Below are positions 1 through 7,727 of a DNA stretch of 35,164 nucleotides, in pieces; the stretch's first letter is position 1, and each line of letters begins with the position of its first letter. The notes beneath the pieces were generated by a model. The model was not told the DNA's origin, did not search any database, and saw nothing but the letters and a program-made list of their open reading frames with translations. This DNA is from an uncultured Anaerolineales bacterium (lineage in GTDB: Bacteria > Chloroflexota > Anaerolineae > UBA1429), in contig CAYQDH010000006.1 in the NCBI GenBank assembly GCA_964416075.1, positions 1-35,164 on the forward strand, read 5' to 3'. The position numbers and the translations under genes are program-made.

Positions 1-197
1 ACGTAGGCTTTGGTGATGTCGTCGGAAGCGATGATGCCGCTCTTGCCGCCCGCCTCGATCGCCATGTTGCAGATGGTGAACCGGGAATCCATGGAAAGGC
101 CGCGGATAGTCGTGCCGGTGAACTCCATGGCCTCACGCGTCTTCTGCTTCCCCAAGCCATGCATGCTGACACGCCGTTTGACCGCCATCGTCTCCAT
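1..197 (-). CDS. aconitase-family dehydratase large-subunit-like ORF (LeuC/HacA type); runs off the left edge and begins inside the family fold
   Basis: My translation from the ATG at 195-197 (minus strand) is [65 protein letters not shown]. The block [21 protein letters not shown] matches the [21 protein letters not shown] block that lies about 200 residues into E. coli LeuC (from memory). There is an in-frame stop at 222-224 and a GGAG 8 nt before the ATG. The ORF is absent from the ORF track because it has no stop inside the window. Confidence 0.55.
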   Translation of the reverse strand, partial: METMAVKRRVSMHGLGKQKTREAMEFTGTTIRGLSMDSRFTICNMAIEAGGKSGIIASDDITKAY

Positions 198-250
198 GTT
201 AGTGCTCCAAGATTGACCCTCTCAGAGGAGAGCGCCAGATGCCATCATAT

Positions 251-288
251 AGTAGCCTCGCCATGCGCCTCGGCCTGGCGAGGCTACT
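251..288 (-). terminator. 12-bp perfect hairpin downstream of the binding-protein gene (terminator-like, no U-run)
   Basis: AGTAGCCTCGCC (251-262) pairs with GGCGAGGCTACT (277-288) across a 14-nt loop. It lies about 80 nt after the stop at 368 on the minus strand. No T-run follows. Confidence 0.35.
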
Positions 289-367
289 TAACGTAGTCCC
301 GCTTTGGGATGAGTGTAGGCTGCCTCCTGGAAATCCCCATTTCCGGGGGACATCGACCAAAGCCGGA

Positions 368-1834
368 TCAGCCGGTGTACGACTTGACCCGATCGATCTC
401 TTCTTGCAGACCCTCTTTCACCACGGGGCAGATCTCCTCCATAACCTGATCCAGGGTTTTGGTACCGTCAAAGGCCTCGGCCAGAGCCCTCTGGAAGGGG
501 AGCGTCACTGGGGCGCTATAGGGAGACTGCATCGGTGGACGAGCACTTTTCACTGCGTCAACTAGGTACTGCTGGTGTTCGGGCGGCTGACCCGGTAGGA
601 TAAAGTATTTCTGTCCCGCCTTTAGCGCCGGGACAGGACCCTTGAACTCCTGACAGTAAAGATTGGCTGCATCTTCTGTCAAACATTCCAGGATAAAGCC
701 CCAGGCCATATCGGGCGCCTCGGTTCCGCGGTAGATGGAGAGAGAATCTGTCGTGATGACGCTGAAGGAACCCTTAGGACCTTTGGGATTCAGCACCACA
801 TCCCACTCGAATTCCGTGATCTGTCGGTAAGCACTCATAGCATATGCTGCGCCCGGAGCCATGGCTACCGATCCGGTGGCAAAGGGATCGCCGCCGCCTG
901 CCAGGGCACTGTCGATCTCGGGCGGTGGGGCTACCTTGTGCTTGACGATTAGGTCCACAAAGAATTGCAGACCCTCATAGTTCGGCTTGTCGCACAGAAC
1001 AAACTGGGTGCCATCTTCGTTGAAGAAATCGCCACCAAAAGCCCAAATGAGCGACCCCCAACGGTTCCAGTGGGTCTGGGCACGAATGCCCCAGACCTCG
1101 GGTTGCTGATCCGTCTTGGTGACCTGCTTGAGTATGGTCAGCATATCGTCATAGGTCCAGTCGGGTGTTGGGAAGGGCACACCCGCTGCCTGGAGGATTT
1201 TCTTGTTGTAGTAAATGCAGTAGCATCCGAACCAGAGCGGCACACCATATTGCTTGCCCAGATACTCGTAGAACCAAAAGATGTCGTCAAAGTCCTCTTT
1301 ATTGAACTTGGATGCATCCATAAAGGGCCCCTCATCCAACAGCACGCCCTTAGGGGCGAACTCATAGACATAGTGTTCGTCTGCCCACATGATGTCCGGC
1401 GCGGTGCCCGCAGCAGCCTGCACCAGGTACTTTTGCGCGTCCCAGTCAAAGGTTGGTTCCACCTTGACCGTAACGTTGGGATGCTTCTCTTTGAACGTGT
1501 CTGCGACTTTTTGGAAAACCGGCTGGCCCTCATCACCCATGGCATGAGGGAAGCGGAGGGTGATCGGCCCGGCAGGCGCGGGAGTGGCCGTCACCACCTT
1601 CTCCAGCGCCTTCTCCACCACCTTCTCTTTCTCAACGATCTTGGTTACTTCTTTTTCCTTCTCCACAATGGTAGTTACTTGTTTCTCTTTTTCCACGACT
1701 ACCGTCTCTTTGACGACCTTAGGGGCGCACGCGACGAGGACCGTACCGACAGTCCCGAAGGCAGTCCACCGGAGAAAGGCCCGGCGACTGGAGGTCTTGT
1801 AGGCGAATCCCGATCGTTCGCTCTTGTGCTGCAT
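368..1834 (-). CDS. ABC transporter extracellular solute-binding protein (sugar type, family 1); TAT-signal lipoprotein
   Basis: The ORF track gives 368..1879. I place the start at the ATG at 1834 (MQHKSERSG), preceded by AGGAGG with 7-nt spacing. It has the twin-arginine motif SRRAFL, the lipobox LVAC and a VEKEK-repeat linker. The body is typical of sugar binding proteins (PDIMWADEHYVYEFAPKGVLLD, YGVPLWFGCYCIYYNKKIL). Confidence 0.85.
   Translation of the reverse strand: MQHKSERSGFAYKTSSRRAFLRWTAFGTVGTVLVACAPKVVKETVVVEKEKQVTTIVEKEKEVTKIVEKEKVVEKALEKVVTATPAPAGPITLRFPHAMGDEGQPVFQKVADTFKEKHPNVTVKVEPTFDWDAQKYLVQAAAGTAPDIMWADEHYVYEFAPKGVLLDEGPFMDASKFNKEDFDDIFWFYEYLGKQYGVPLWFGCYCIYYNKKILQAAGVPFPTPDWTYDDMLTILKQVTKTDQQPEVWGIRAQTHWNRWGSLIWAFGGDFFNEDGTQFVLCDKPNYEGLQFFVDLIVKHKVAPPPEIDSALAGGGDPFATGSVAMAPGAAYAMSAYRQITEFEWDVVLNPKGPKGSFSVITTDSLSIYRGTEAPDMAWGFILECLTEDAANLYCQEFKGPVPALKAGQKYFILPGQPPEHQQYLVDAVKSARPPMQSPYSAPVTLPFQRALAEAFDGTKTLDQVMEEICPVVKEGLQEEIDRVKSYTG
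1616..1710 (-). repeat. three imperfect 30-bp tandem repeats encoding the VEKEK linker of the binding protein
   Basis: Units at about 1619-1648, 1649-1678 and 1679-1708 encode VTKIVEKEKV, VTTIVEKEKE and ETVVVEKEKQ. They are in frame and lie inside the CDS. Confidence 0.8.
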
Positions 1835-2027
1835 GATCTTTCCTCCTCTGAACTCCCGGACACATATTACGCCACCCACGCTTGCTCGCTGTCACACCTC
1901 CTCTGACACCGTGTCTGGCAGCGTACTCGAGATTCTCGAGGCGAACACACCCAACCCGGACATCTTGGCTGACAACAGCCAGGCACTACGACAAGCGAAA
2001 ATGTCGTGCTCAAGCGACGCCTCGTCA

Positions 2028-2714
2028 CTATGGACTGGGAGCTTCTGTTGTCCCGGTCATGGCGGATAACCTGAAGACCAAGTCGAGCTCGGAATTGACG
2101 AGATGCCGCACCAGAGCCTCCTTCGCTCCTCGGGTGTCACCCGTTTTGAGATGCGATACGATTTCGCGGTGCTCGTCTACCGTTGCAGAGGAACGCTGGT
2201 CATCGGAACCGACCAGGGCCAACATCAATTGCACGGGCCAGCGCAGAGTCTGGTAAAGGGCGCTGGCACGCTGATTCTGCAAGAGGCTAACGATAAGATG
2301 GTGGAATTCGACATCGAGCTGCAGGTAACGAACGTAATCGACGAACTTTTCTCCATCGATGAGCGCACTGCTCTCGGCTACAACCCTCTCAAATTCCTGG
2401 AGCAATTCTGTGGTAGGAGCGATTCCAGATTCGAGGCTGGCATATTCGATGATACGGCGAAGCTGAAATACCTCGCGGACTTCTTTGGGGGTGGTGGCGA
2501 CAACAAAGGTGCCCTTACGGGGAAAGATCTCGATGAGGCCATCGCTCTGCAGGCGGGTCAGCGCAGCGCGGACAGGAGTCTGGCTCACACCCAGCTCGCT
2601 GGCCAACTGCTCCACGAGCAGCCGCTGCCCAGGGTGGTAAACGCCTCGTGTGATCTCCTCACGAAGGTGATCGTACACCTGTTGGTAAAGCTGAGCAGTA
2701 TTTAGGACAGGCAT
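2028..2714 (-). CDS. GntR-family transcriptional regulator (FadR/FCD-type C-terminal domain)
   Basis: The N-terminal winged-helix signature is QRLLVEQLASELGVSQTPVRAALTRLQSDGLIEIFPRKGTFV, followed by a helical C-terminal domain. The start is ATG with GAGG 5 nt upstream. Confidence 0.9.
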   Translation of the reverse strand: MPVLNTAQLYQQVYDHLREEITRGVYHPGQRLLVEQLASELGVSQTPVRAALTRLQSDGLIEIFPRKGTFVVATTPKEVREVFQLRRIIEYASLESGIAPTTELLQEFERVVAESSALIDGEKFVDYVRYLQLDVEFHHLIVSLLQNQRASALYQTLRWPVQLMLALVGSDDQRSSATVDEHREIVSHLKTGDTRGAKEALVRHLVNSELDLVFRLSAMTGTTEAPSP

Positions 2715-2784
2715 CTTGACCTCTAGAGGAGGCAGAAAAACAGAGGTTCGACCCGACAGTGTGCGATACGTTCAGCAACGTACA

Positions 2785-2807
2785 ATCTGTTATCTATTAT
2801 AACAGAT
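2785..2807. promoter_or_regulatory. 9-bp perfect inverted repeat, candidate GntR operator
   Basis: ATCTGTTAT (2785-2793) pairs with ATAACAGAT (2799-2807) across a 5-bp spacer. The half-sites have the T.GT/AC.A character common to GntR-family operators. The repeat overlaps the -10 box of the gntR promoter. Confidence 0.6.
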
Positions 2808-2823
2808 AATAGCGCCGTGTCAA
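2796..2823 (-). promoter_or_regulatory. consensus sigma-70-type promoter for the GntR gene
   Basis: The minus strand reads TTGACA (2818-2823), a 16-nt spacer, then TATAAT (2796-2801). This lies about 80 nt upstream of the ATG at 2714. Confidence 0.65.
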
Positions 2824-2871
2824 GGGTTTTTCAGTGACAACTCAGACAAGTCCTAGGACCGCGCCTAGGTG

Positions 2872-2900
2872 TTGTGGTTGGCCTGCTTTTGTGCTAGAAT
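2872..2900 (+). promoter_or_regulatory. candidate promoter with extended -10 for the response regulator
   Basis: TTGTGG (2872-2877), a 17-nt spacer, then TGcTAGAAT (2892-2900). It lies 35 nt upstream of the ATG at 2935. Two CCTAGG palindromes (2852-2857 and 2864-2869) sit just upstream. Confidence 0.45.
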
Positions 2901-2934
2901 TGGTGTGGATAAGGGACGCTGTGGGAGAAACCCT

Positions 2935-3591
2935 ATGGACAGCATTCAAGTGCTCTTGGTGGAAGATCACACGATCGTCCGCAAAGGATTGCGCGCCCTC
3001 TTGGAAGGGGAGCCCGATATCCAGGTGGTTGGCGAAGCGGAGGATGGCAGACAGGCCTTGGATCAGGTCCAACAACTGCTCCCGGATGTGGTATTGATGG
3101 ATATCGGTATGCCGGGCCTGAATGGGTTGGAAGCTACACGGCAGATCAAGCACCAATTCCCCAAGACCAAAGTTGTGGTCTTGACCATGCATACCAACGC
3201 AGAGTATGTCTTTAGCGTCCTGCAGGCGGGCGCTTCCGGATATCTTGTCAAACAGGCGGCGACCGAGGAAGTGATTTCAGCGATTCGTGCGGTCTACCAG
3301 GGGGGATCTTTTCTCAGTCCCTCCATCTCGACAAAGGTCATCGAGGAATACCTGCGTAGAGCAGGGACAACGGAAGTGGTGGATCCTTACGAGCGCTTGA
3401 CCGGTCGCGAGCGCGAAGTGTTACAGCTCATCGTCGAGGGGCACTCGACGCAGGAGATCGCCACGCTACTATACGTCAGCGGTAAGACCGTGGAGACCCA
3501 TAGAGCCCGCCTTATGGAGAAACTAGATATCCACACCATCGCTGAGCTTACCCAGTACGCCATCCGCAAAGGGATCATCGAGCTCGATTAG
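2935..3591 (+). CDS. NarL/FixJ (LuxR-type HTH) response regulator; no adjacent histidine kinase
   Basis: The ORF track gives 2869..3591. I place the start at the ATG at 2935 (MDSIQVLLVEDH), with GGGAG upstream. The receiver domain includes the DVVLMDIGMPGLNG phospho-acceptor region. The C-terminal HTH reads LTGREREVLQLIVEGHSTQEIATLLYVSGKTVETHRARLMEKL. Confidence 0.9.
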   Translation: MDSIQVLLVEDHTIVRKGLRALLEGEPDIQVVGEAEDGRQALDQVQQLLPDVVLMDIGMPGLNGLEATRQIKHQFPKTKVVVLTMHTNAEYVFSVLQAGASGYLVKQAATEEVISAIRAVYQGGSFLSPSISTKVIEEYLRRAGTTEVVDPYERLTGREREVLQLIVEGHSTQEIATLLYVSGKTVETHRARLMEKLDIHTIAELTQYAIRKGIIELD

Positions 3592-3783
3592 GATCGCCCG
3601 CGGAAAGTACTGTGCCTCCCCCGCAAGTCCACGCAAATCTCATCCTTTTGTCCCCCCCAAAATCAGGAATCTCCCGATAGATTATGCATCCTTCGCGTTG
3701 TAGAATGGACCATAGTTCGTTGAACCATGGTGATCGTGGTCACCTCTTACACCACGCAATAACAATACACGGAGGTTCATCTC

Positions 3784-4044
3784 ATGGCGACGTTGAAGGT
3801 AGCTGCACACTCGCGAGTTCCGGCTATTGCAGGCGCTATTGCGGGCACTATTCGGGATCAGGGCAGGGCTGAGGTCCATGCCATCGGTGCAGGCGCGGTC
3901 AATCAGGCGGTCAAAGCGGTCGCTGTGGCGCGTCGCTTCCTAGAGTCAGAAGGCTATGACATTATCCTGGTGCCCGCCTTCGTAAACGTAGAGATTGCTG
4001 ACCAGACCAAGTCTGCGCTCCAATTCGTCATCGAGTCTCGTTAA
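3784..4044 (+). CDS. spoVS: SpoVS-family protein (stage V sporulation protein S homologue)
   Basis: The 86-aa product MATLKVAAHSRVPAIAGAIAGTIRDQGRAEVHAIGAGAVNQAVKAVAVARRFL...PAF aligns along its full length with B. subtilis SpoVS as I recall it (MEILKVSAKS..VAGALAGVLRERGAAEIQAIGAGALNQAVKAIAIARGF). GGAGG lies 8 nt upstream. Confidence 0.85.
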   Translation: MATLKVAAHSRVPAIAGAIAGTIRDQGRAEVHAIGAGAVNQAVKAVAVARRFLESEGYDIILVPAFVNVEIADQTKSALQFVIESR

Positions 4045-4164
4045 GAGATCCCCGGTATCAGGTAGCGTTCTGGTTCCTGGTTTGGTTACGTGACCACGGC
4101 GTAATGATAGGTCCCACCCATCGATAGGATGGGAGTGGGGTAGGATTCGTGGGCTGATCGCATC

Positions 4165-4198
4165 GAAGGCCGGACGCCGTATGGCGTCCGGCCTTTCC
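4165..4198. terminator. bidirectional intrinsic terminator between convergent spoVS and the M42 peptidase gene
   Basis: GGCCGGACGCC (4168-4178) pairs with GGCGTCCGGCC (4183-4193) across the 4-nt loop GTAT. The hairpin is flanked by GAA and TTTCC. Confidence 0.7.
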
Positions 4199-4206
4199 TG
4201 TGGTGA

Positions 4207-5277
4207 TCAGGCCAAGAACCCCAGTTCAGTGTGCTCAGTCATCTGCTGCACAAACTGCACGAGCAGCCTGACCGAATCCACCGCATCGTTGAGGTCCAGG
4301 GTGCAAACGGGGGTATGCGAATAGCGGCGAGCGAGGCCAAGCCCTACGGTGGGTACGCCTCGGCCACTGGTGTGGATGGGACCTGAATCGGTGGCCGCTT
4401 TGCCCACGATGGTACAGGGTTGCAGGTTGACTCCTGCTGCTTCTGCAGCGCGCCAGAGGTAGCGGGTCACGGCTGGGTGGGCGATCTGCGCGCTATTGGC
4501 CAGCAGCAAGACGGGCCCCTGGCCGATATGGGCGGGCAGCTCGCGCTCATCGTCCACATCGGGGGTGCCGCCGGCCATAAAGGTATCGATGACGATGGCG
4601 TAATCAGGCTGCAGGCGATAGGCTGCCACCTGGGCTCCCCGCATGCCCACTTCTTCCTGCACGCAGATGGCTCCGTGCAACGTGCCGGCGAGCGATGCGC
4701 CCCGCAACTGCTTGAACAACTCTAGCACGACGGCGCAACCGATGCGGTTGTCGATCGCCTTGCCACAGACGCGATCGGGGTTGGTCATGGAGACCAGGGG
4801 ACTGTAATAGGCTACCGGATCCCCTATGGCGATTCCCATCGCGGCCACATCGGCGGCTGTGTCGGCGCCCACGTCGATGTACAGATAGTCGGTGGGCAAG
4901 ACGCGCCCCTTTTCCTCCTGGGTCTGCAGGTGGCCCGACTTGACGCCGATGACCCCGAAATGCCCGCGCACGCGCACGCGCCGCCCCACGAGCATGGAAG
5001 GCAATATGCCACCCAAAGGATCGAAACGCAGAAAGCCGCGCCGATCCACGCTCTTGACGATGCCGCCGATCTCATCCGAGTGGGCGGAGATCAGCAGAGA
5101 CGGCCCAGCCGCGGCCCCCCGGCGCATGGCGTAGAGGTTGCCCATGCTATCAACGTCCACGCCATCCGCCAGTCCGGCAAACGCATCGCGCAGATGGCGC
5201 ACCACATCCTGCTCGAATCCTGATACGCCATCCAGCGCGGTAAGCTCTGCTAGCGTGTTACGCAACGATTCTTTCAA
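4207..5277 (-). CDS. M42-family metallo-aminopeptidase (FrvX/PepA/CelM-like)
   Basis: Metal-site blocks are ISAHSDEIGG, AIDNRIGC, VQEEVGMRGA, AIVIDT and RYSHTP. The start is TTG (5275-5277), preceded by GGAGGAG with 6-nt spacing. Confidence 0.85.
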   Translation of the reverse strand: MKESLRNTLAELTALDGVSGFEQDVVRHLRDAFAGLADGVDVDSMGNLYAMRRGAAAGPSLLISAHSDEIGGIVKSVDRRGFLRFDPLGGILPSMLVGRRVRVRGHFGVIGVKSGHLQTQEEKGRVLPTDYLYIDVGADTAADVAAMGIAIGDPVAYYSPLVSMTNPDRVCGKAIDNRIGCAVVLELFKQLRGASLAGTLHGAICVQEEVGMRGAQVAAYRLQPDYAIVIDTFMAGGTPDVDDERELPAHIGQGPVLLLANSAQIAHPAVTRYLWRAAEAAGVNLQPCTIVGKAATDSGPIHTSGRGVPTVGLGLARRYSHTPVCTLDLNDAVDSVRLLVQFVQQMTEHTELGFLA

Positions 5278-5294
5278 GGCTCTCTCCTCCGATG

Positions 5295-5316
5295 AAAAAT
5301 GGGGCAGATAGGCCCC
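5295..5316 (-). terminator. short GC hairpin plus T-run after the Zn-ADH gene (weak terminator or attenuator)
   Basis: The minus strand reads GGGGC CTATCT GCCCC ATTTTT, between the ADH stop (5356) and the peptidase start (5277). Confidence 0.35.
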
Positions 5317-5355
5317 CAGCCCATGGTCGCTCTGCCCACTACGATAGGCGCCTTC

Positions 5356-6381
5356 TCACGCGTTGGGGTCCAGGAGGATCTTGCAAGCATCGCTGGCTTG
5401 GTGTGCGATCTCCATGGCCTGCCCCAGATCCTTCAGCGGCATGATGTGGGTCACCGGCTTGACCAGGTCCAGCGTGCCCATGTTGGCGATGGCCACGGCC
5501 TGGTTGAAATCCTCTTCGCGGTAGACGCGAATGGGTGTGACGACGATTTCCTTGAACTGGATCGCCGTGATATCCACGGTGGGGGGCGTCTTGGGCATGC
5601 CCACTTGGAGTAGCTCGCCGCCAGGACGGATCATCTTGATGGCTTCGGCGATGGTGGGTTGGACGCCCGCCGTCTCAAAGACGATCGGGAGGCCCACGCC
5701 CTCGGTGGCCTCGGCGACCACATCAACGATGCTTTGCACGTTCGCATCGACCACTTCAAAACCCAGGTCGCGGGCGATCTGGAGGCGACGGGGGCTGCGC
5801 TCGGAGACAAAGACGCGTTTCGCCCCTGCCAGCCGCGCCACTTGTGCCGTCATGATGCCGATGGGCCCGGCGCCGAGCACGGCGGTGGTGTCGCTCACCT
5901 TGAACTTGGAGGCGCGCAGAGCGTGGACTGCCACGGCCAGAGGCTCGATCAACGCGGCCTGCACCAGGGGCAGGCTCGGGGATACGGGGCGCACGGTGTG
6001 TAGGGGCACAGCCACGTATTCGGCAAAGCCGCCATCGCCGTCGATGCCCACCAGCTTGAGGGTGGCGCAGACATGCGGGATGCCGTTGCGACAGGCATAG
6101 CAGTGGCCGCACATGAGCAGAGGATTGATGGCCACCGGCGTGCCCGGCGCGAAGGCGTCGCCATCGGCCTCTACGATCGTCCCTGAGAACTCGTGGCTCG
6201 CAATGAGGGGCGCCTTGGCCCGCGGATGCTTGCCCAGGTAGATCATCAAGTCGGTGCCGCAGATCCCCGCGTAACCCACCTTGATCAGGGCCTGGCCTGG
6301 TCCGGCTTGGGGTTTGGGTACCCTCGCATACTCGATACTCTCAGTTCCCACCCACAGAGCTGCTTTCATCGTCTCGGCCAT
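5356..6381 (-). CDS. zinc-dependent medium-chain alcohol/polyol dehydrogenase (sorbitol/threonine/butanediol dehydrogenase-like)
   Basis: The ORF track gives 5356..6540. I place the start at the ATG at 6381 (MAETMKAALW), with AAGGAG 8 nt upstream. Catalytic Zn motifs are GICGTD and SHEFSG. The structural Zn lobe is CGHCYACRNGIPHVC and the Rossmann motif is LGAGPIG. Confidence 0.88.
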   Translation of the reverse strand: MAETMKAALWVGTESIEYARVPKPQAGPGQALIKVGYAGICGTDLMIYLGKHPRAKAPLIASHEFSGTIVEADGDAFAPGTPVAINPLLMCGHCYACRNGIPHVCATLKLVGIDGDGGFAEYVAVPLHTVRPVSPSLPLVQAALIEPLAVAVHALRASKFKVSDTTAVLGAGPIGIMTAQVARLAGAKRVFVSERSPRRLQIARDLGFEVVDANVQSIVDVVAEATEGVGLPIVFETAGVQPTIAEAIKMIRPGGELLQVGMPKTPPTVDITAIQFKEIVVTPIRVYREEDFNQAVAIANMGTLDLVKPVTHIMPLKDLGQAMEIAHQASDACKILLDPNA

Positions 6382-6778
6382 TGTGTCTACTCCTTGTCGG
6401 TTATTGGGATTTAGGGTCCGTGAAACGGATGCTCCGCGATTTGGATTCAGGCACCAGGCTGGGCCAGGTCCTGCCCGAGCCGCACCCAGTCTAGCACAAG
6501 GAGACGCGACGGCCAAGTATGGAGCGATGACACGGCGCATCTATTTGCCAGGCTCATCACTTGCGCTAGACTGTACCCAGTGTGCAACCGAGCCTGGGCT
6601 GTGTAATGCACACGGCCAACAGCGCGCCACCCCTGGGGGCTCGCGACGAACAACCAAGCGAGGGAGACATGTTCGTAGTGAGGTCCGTCAGGGCCGTGTC
6701 GCGGGCTAGGTCAGCCTGACGAACAAGCCTTAACAAGCATGCTGCAAACCCGCGGCGCTGGCACTGGGGGTTTGTAGT

Positions 6779-7534
6779 ATGCTCGCCGCACAGGGGAGAA
6801 GGGATGGGAGTGTGAACACCAAGCTGAAAAGCTATAAAAAGGAAGCGGACTATTCCTACGCTATCGGCGTCTTTGCGACGTTGGAATTGCTCGCGCATCG
6901 CCCGGACGATGTGCAGCAGGTGCTGCTGAGCTCCAGGGGCCAGGCCAACCAAGGTGTGGCCAAGATCACCGAGATCTGCACGGCGCAAGGGATCCCGACG
7001 CGTATCGCCGACGCCCAGGTGGAGAGGCTTGCCGGCAGCGAGGGCCACTATGCGATCGGTGTGTTCGACAAGTATGAGACGCCCCTGGTCTCAGAGGCGA
7101 ACCACGTGCTGTTGGTCAATCCCAGCGACGCAGGGAACCTGGGCACCATCGCCAGGACCATGCTGGGGTTCGAGATGCTGGACCTGGCGGTGATCAGGCC
7201 GGCCGCCGACATCTGGGATCCCAGGACCATTCGAGCCTCGATGGGGGCCATCTTTCAGTTGCGCTGCGAGTATTTCAGCGCTTTGCCCGATTACCGCGCG
7301 CGATTCGCGCAGCATTTCTATCCACTGATGACGGATGGCCAGCGGGATTTGGCGGAGGTGCAATTCGAGGCGCCCTATGCCCTGGTTTTCGGGAACGAGG
7401 GGGCAGGGCTGGGACCCGAGTTCCAGAGCACGGGCGACAGCGTGCGCATCGCGCACAGCCAGAGGATCGATAGCCTCAACCTGGCGGTCTCGGTGGGCAT
7501 AACTCTCTATGCAGCGACCCGAGCGGGTCACTAG
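6779..7534 (+). CDS. TrmH/SpoU-family RNA 2'-O-methyltransferase
   Basis: SpoU motifs are NLGTIARTMLGFEM, LVFGNEGAGL and IDSLNLAVSVGITLYA. The N-terminal substrate-binding-like region is YAIGVFATLELL. The start could also be the GTG a few codons downstream. Confidence 0.85.
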   Translation: MLAAQGRRDGSVNTKLKSYKKEADYSYAIGVFATLELLAHRPDDVQQVLLSSRGQANQGVAKITEICTAQGIPTRIADAQVERLAGSEGHYAIGVFDKYETPLVSEANHVLLVNPSDAGNLGTIARTMLGFEMLDLAVIRPAADIWDPRTIRASMGAIFQLRCEYFSALPDYRARFAQHFYPLMTDGQRDLAEVQFEAPYALVFGNEGAGLGPEFQSTGDSVRIAHSQRIDSLNLAVSVGITLYAATRAGH

Positions 7535-7727
7535 CGCTAGGCTCAGGCAGGGAACCTGACTCGTGGTCGCGCTAAAGGTCTAGGATGGTTTGGTCACGGA
7601 TGTGAAGGCTTGGCTGCCCATAGGCAGTCCTTATTAGAGAGCAACTATCACTCCAGAGTGCAGATGCTACAAGATGACAGCGCCCCAGCGAGCCAATCGA
7701 TGGCTACGTATGCGATGAGGAGAGACC

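Noticed and set aside
965-1906. A 313-aa plus-strand ORF opposite the solute-binding protein gene.
   Set aside because: It is antisense to a CDS with a TAT signal, lipobox and binding-protein body. It has no RBS or motif.
3682-3879. Two 62-65-aa ORFs on opposite strands just upstream of and overlapping the spoVS start.
   Set aside because: They have no RBS, overlap the spoVS promoter, RBS and CDS, and have His/Arg/Ser-rich, implausible products.
6580-6778. Possible SRP (4.5S) or 6S RNA, considered because of GGTCCGTCAGG and GGTCAGCCTGAC strings.
   Set aside because: The conserved SRP domain IV sequence and its GGAA-type tetraloop are not present as I remember them, and I see no 6S-like central bubble. 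I keep it only as an unassigned structured region.
6281-7048. ORFs 6281..6709 (+, 142 aa) and 6566..7048 (-, 160 aa) in and around the trmH upstream region.
   Set aside because: They overlap each other, and the minus one also overlaps the trmH CDS. They are Arg/Gly/Ala-rich and have no RBS or motif. I treat the region as non-coding leader instead.
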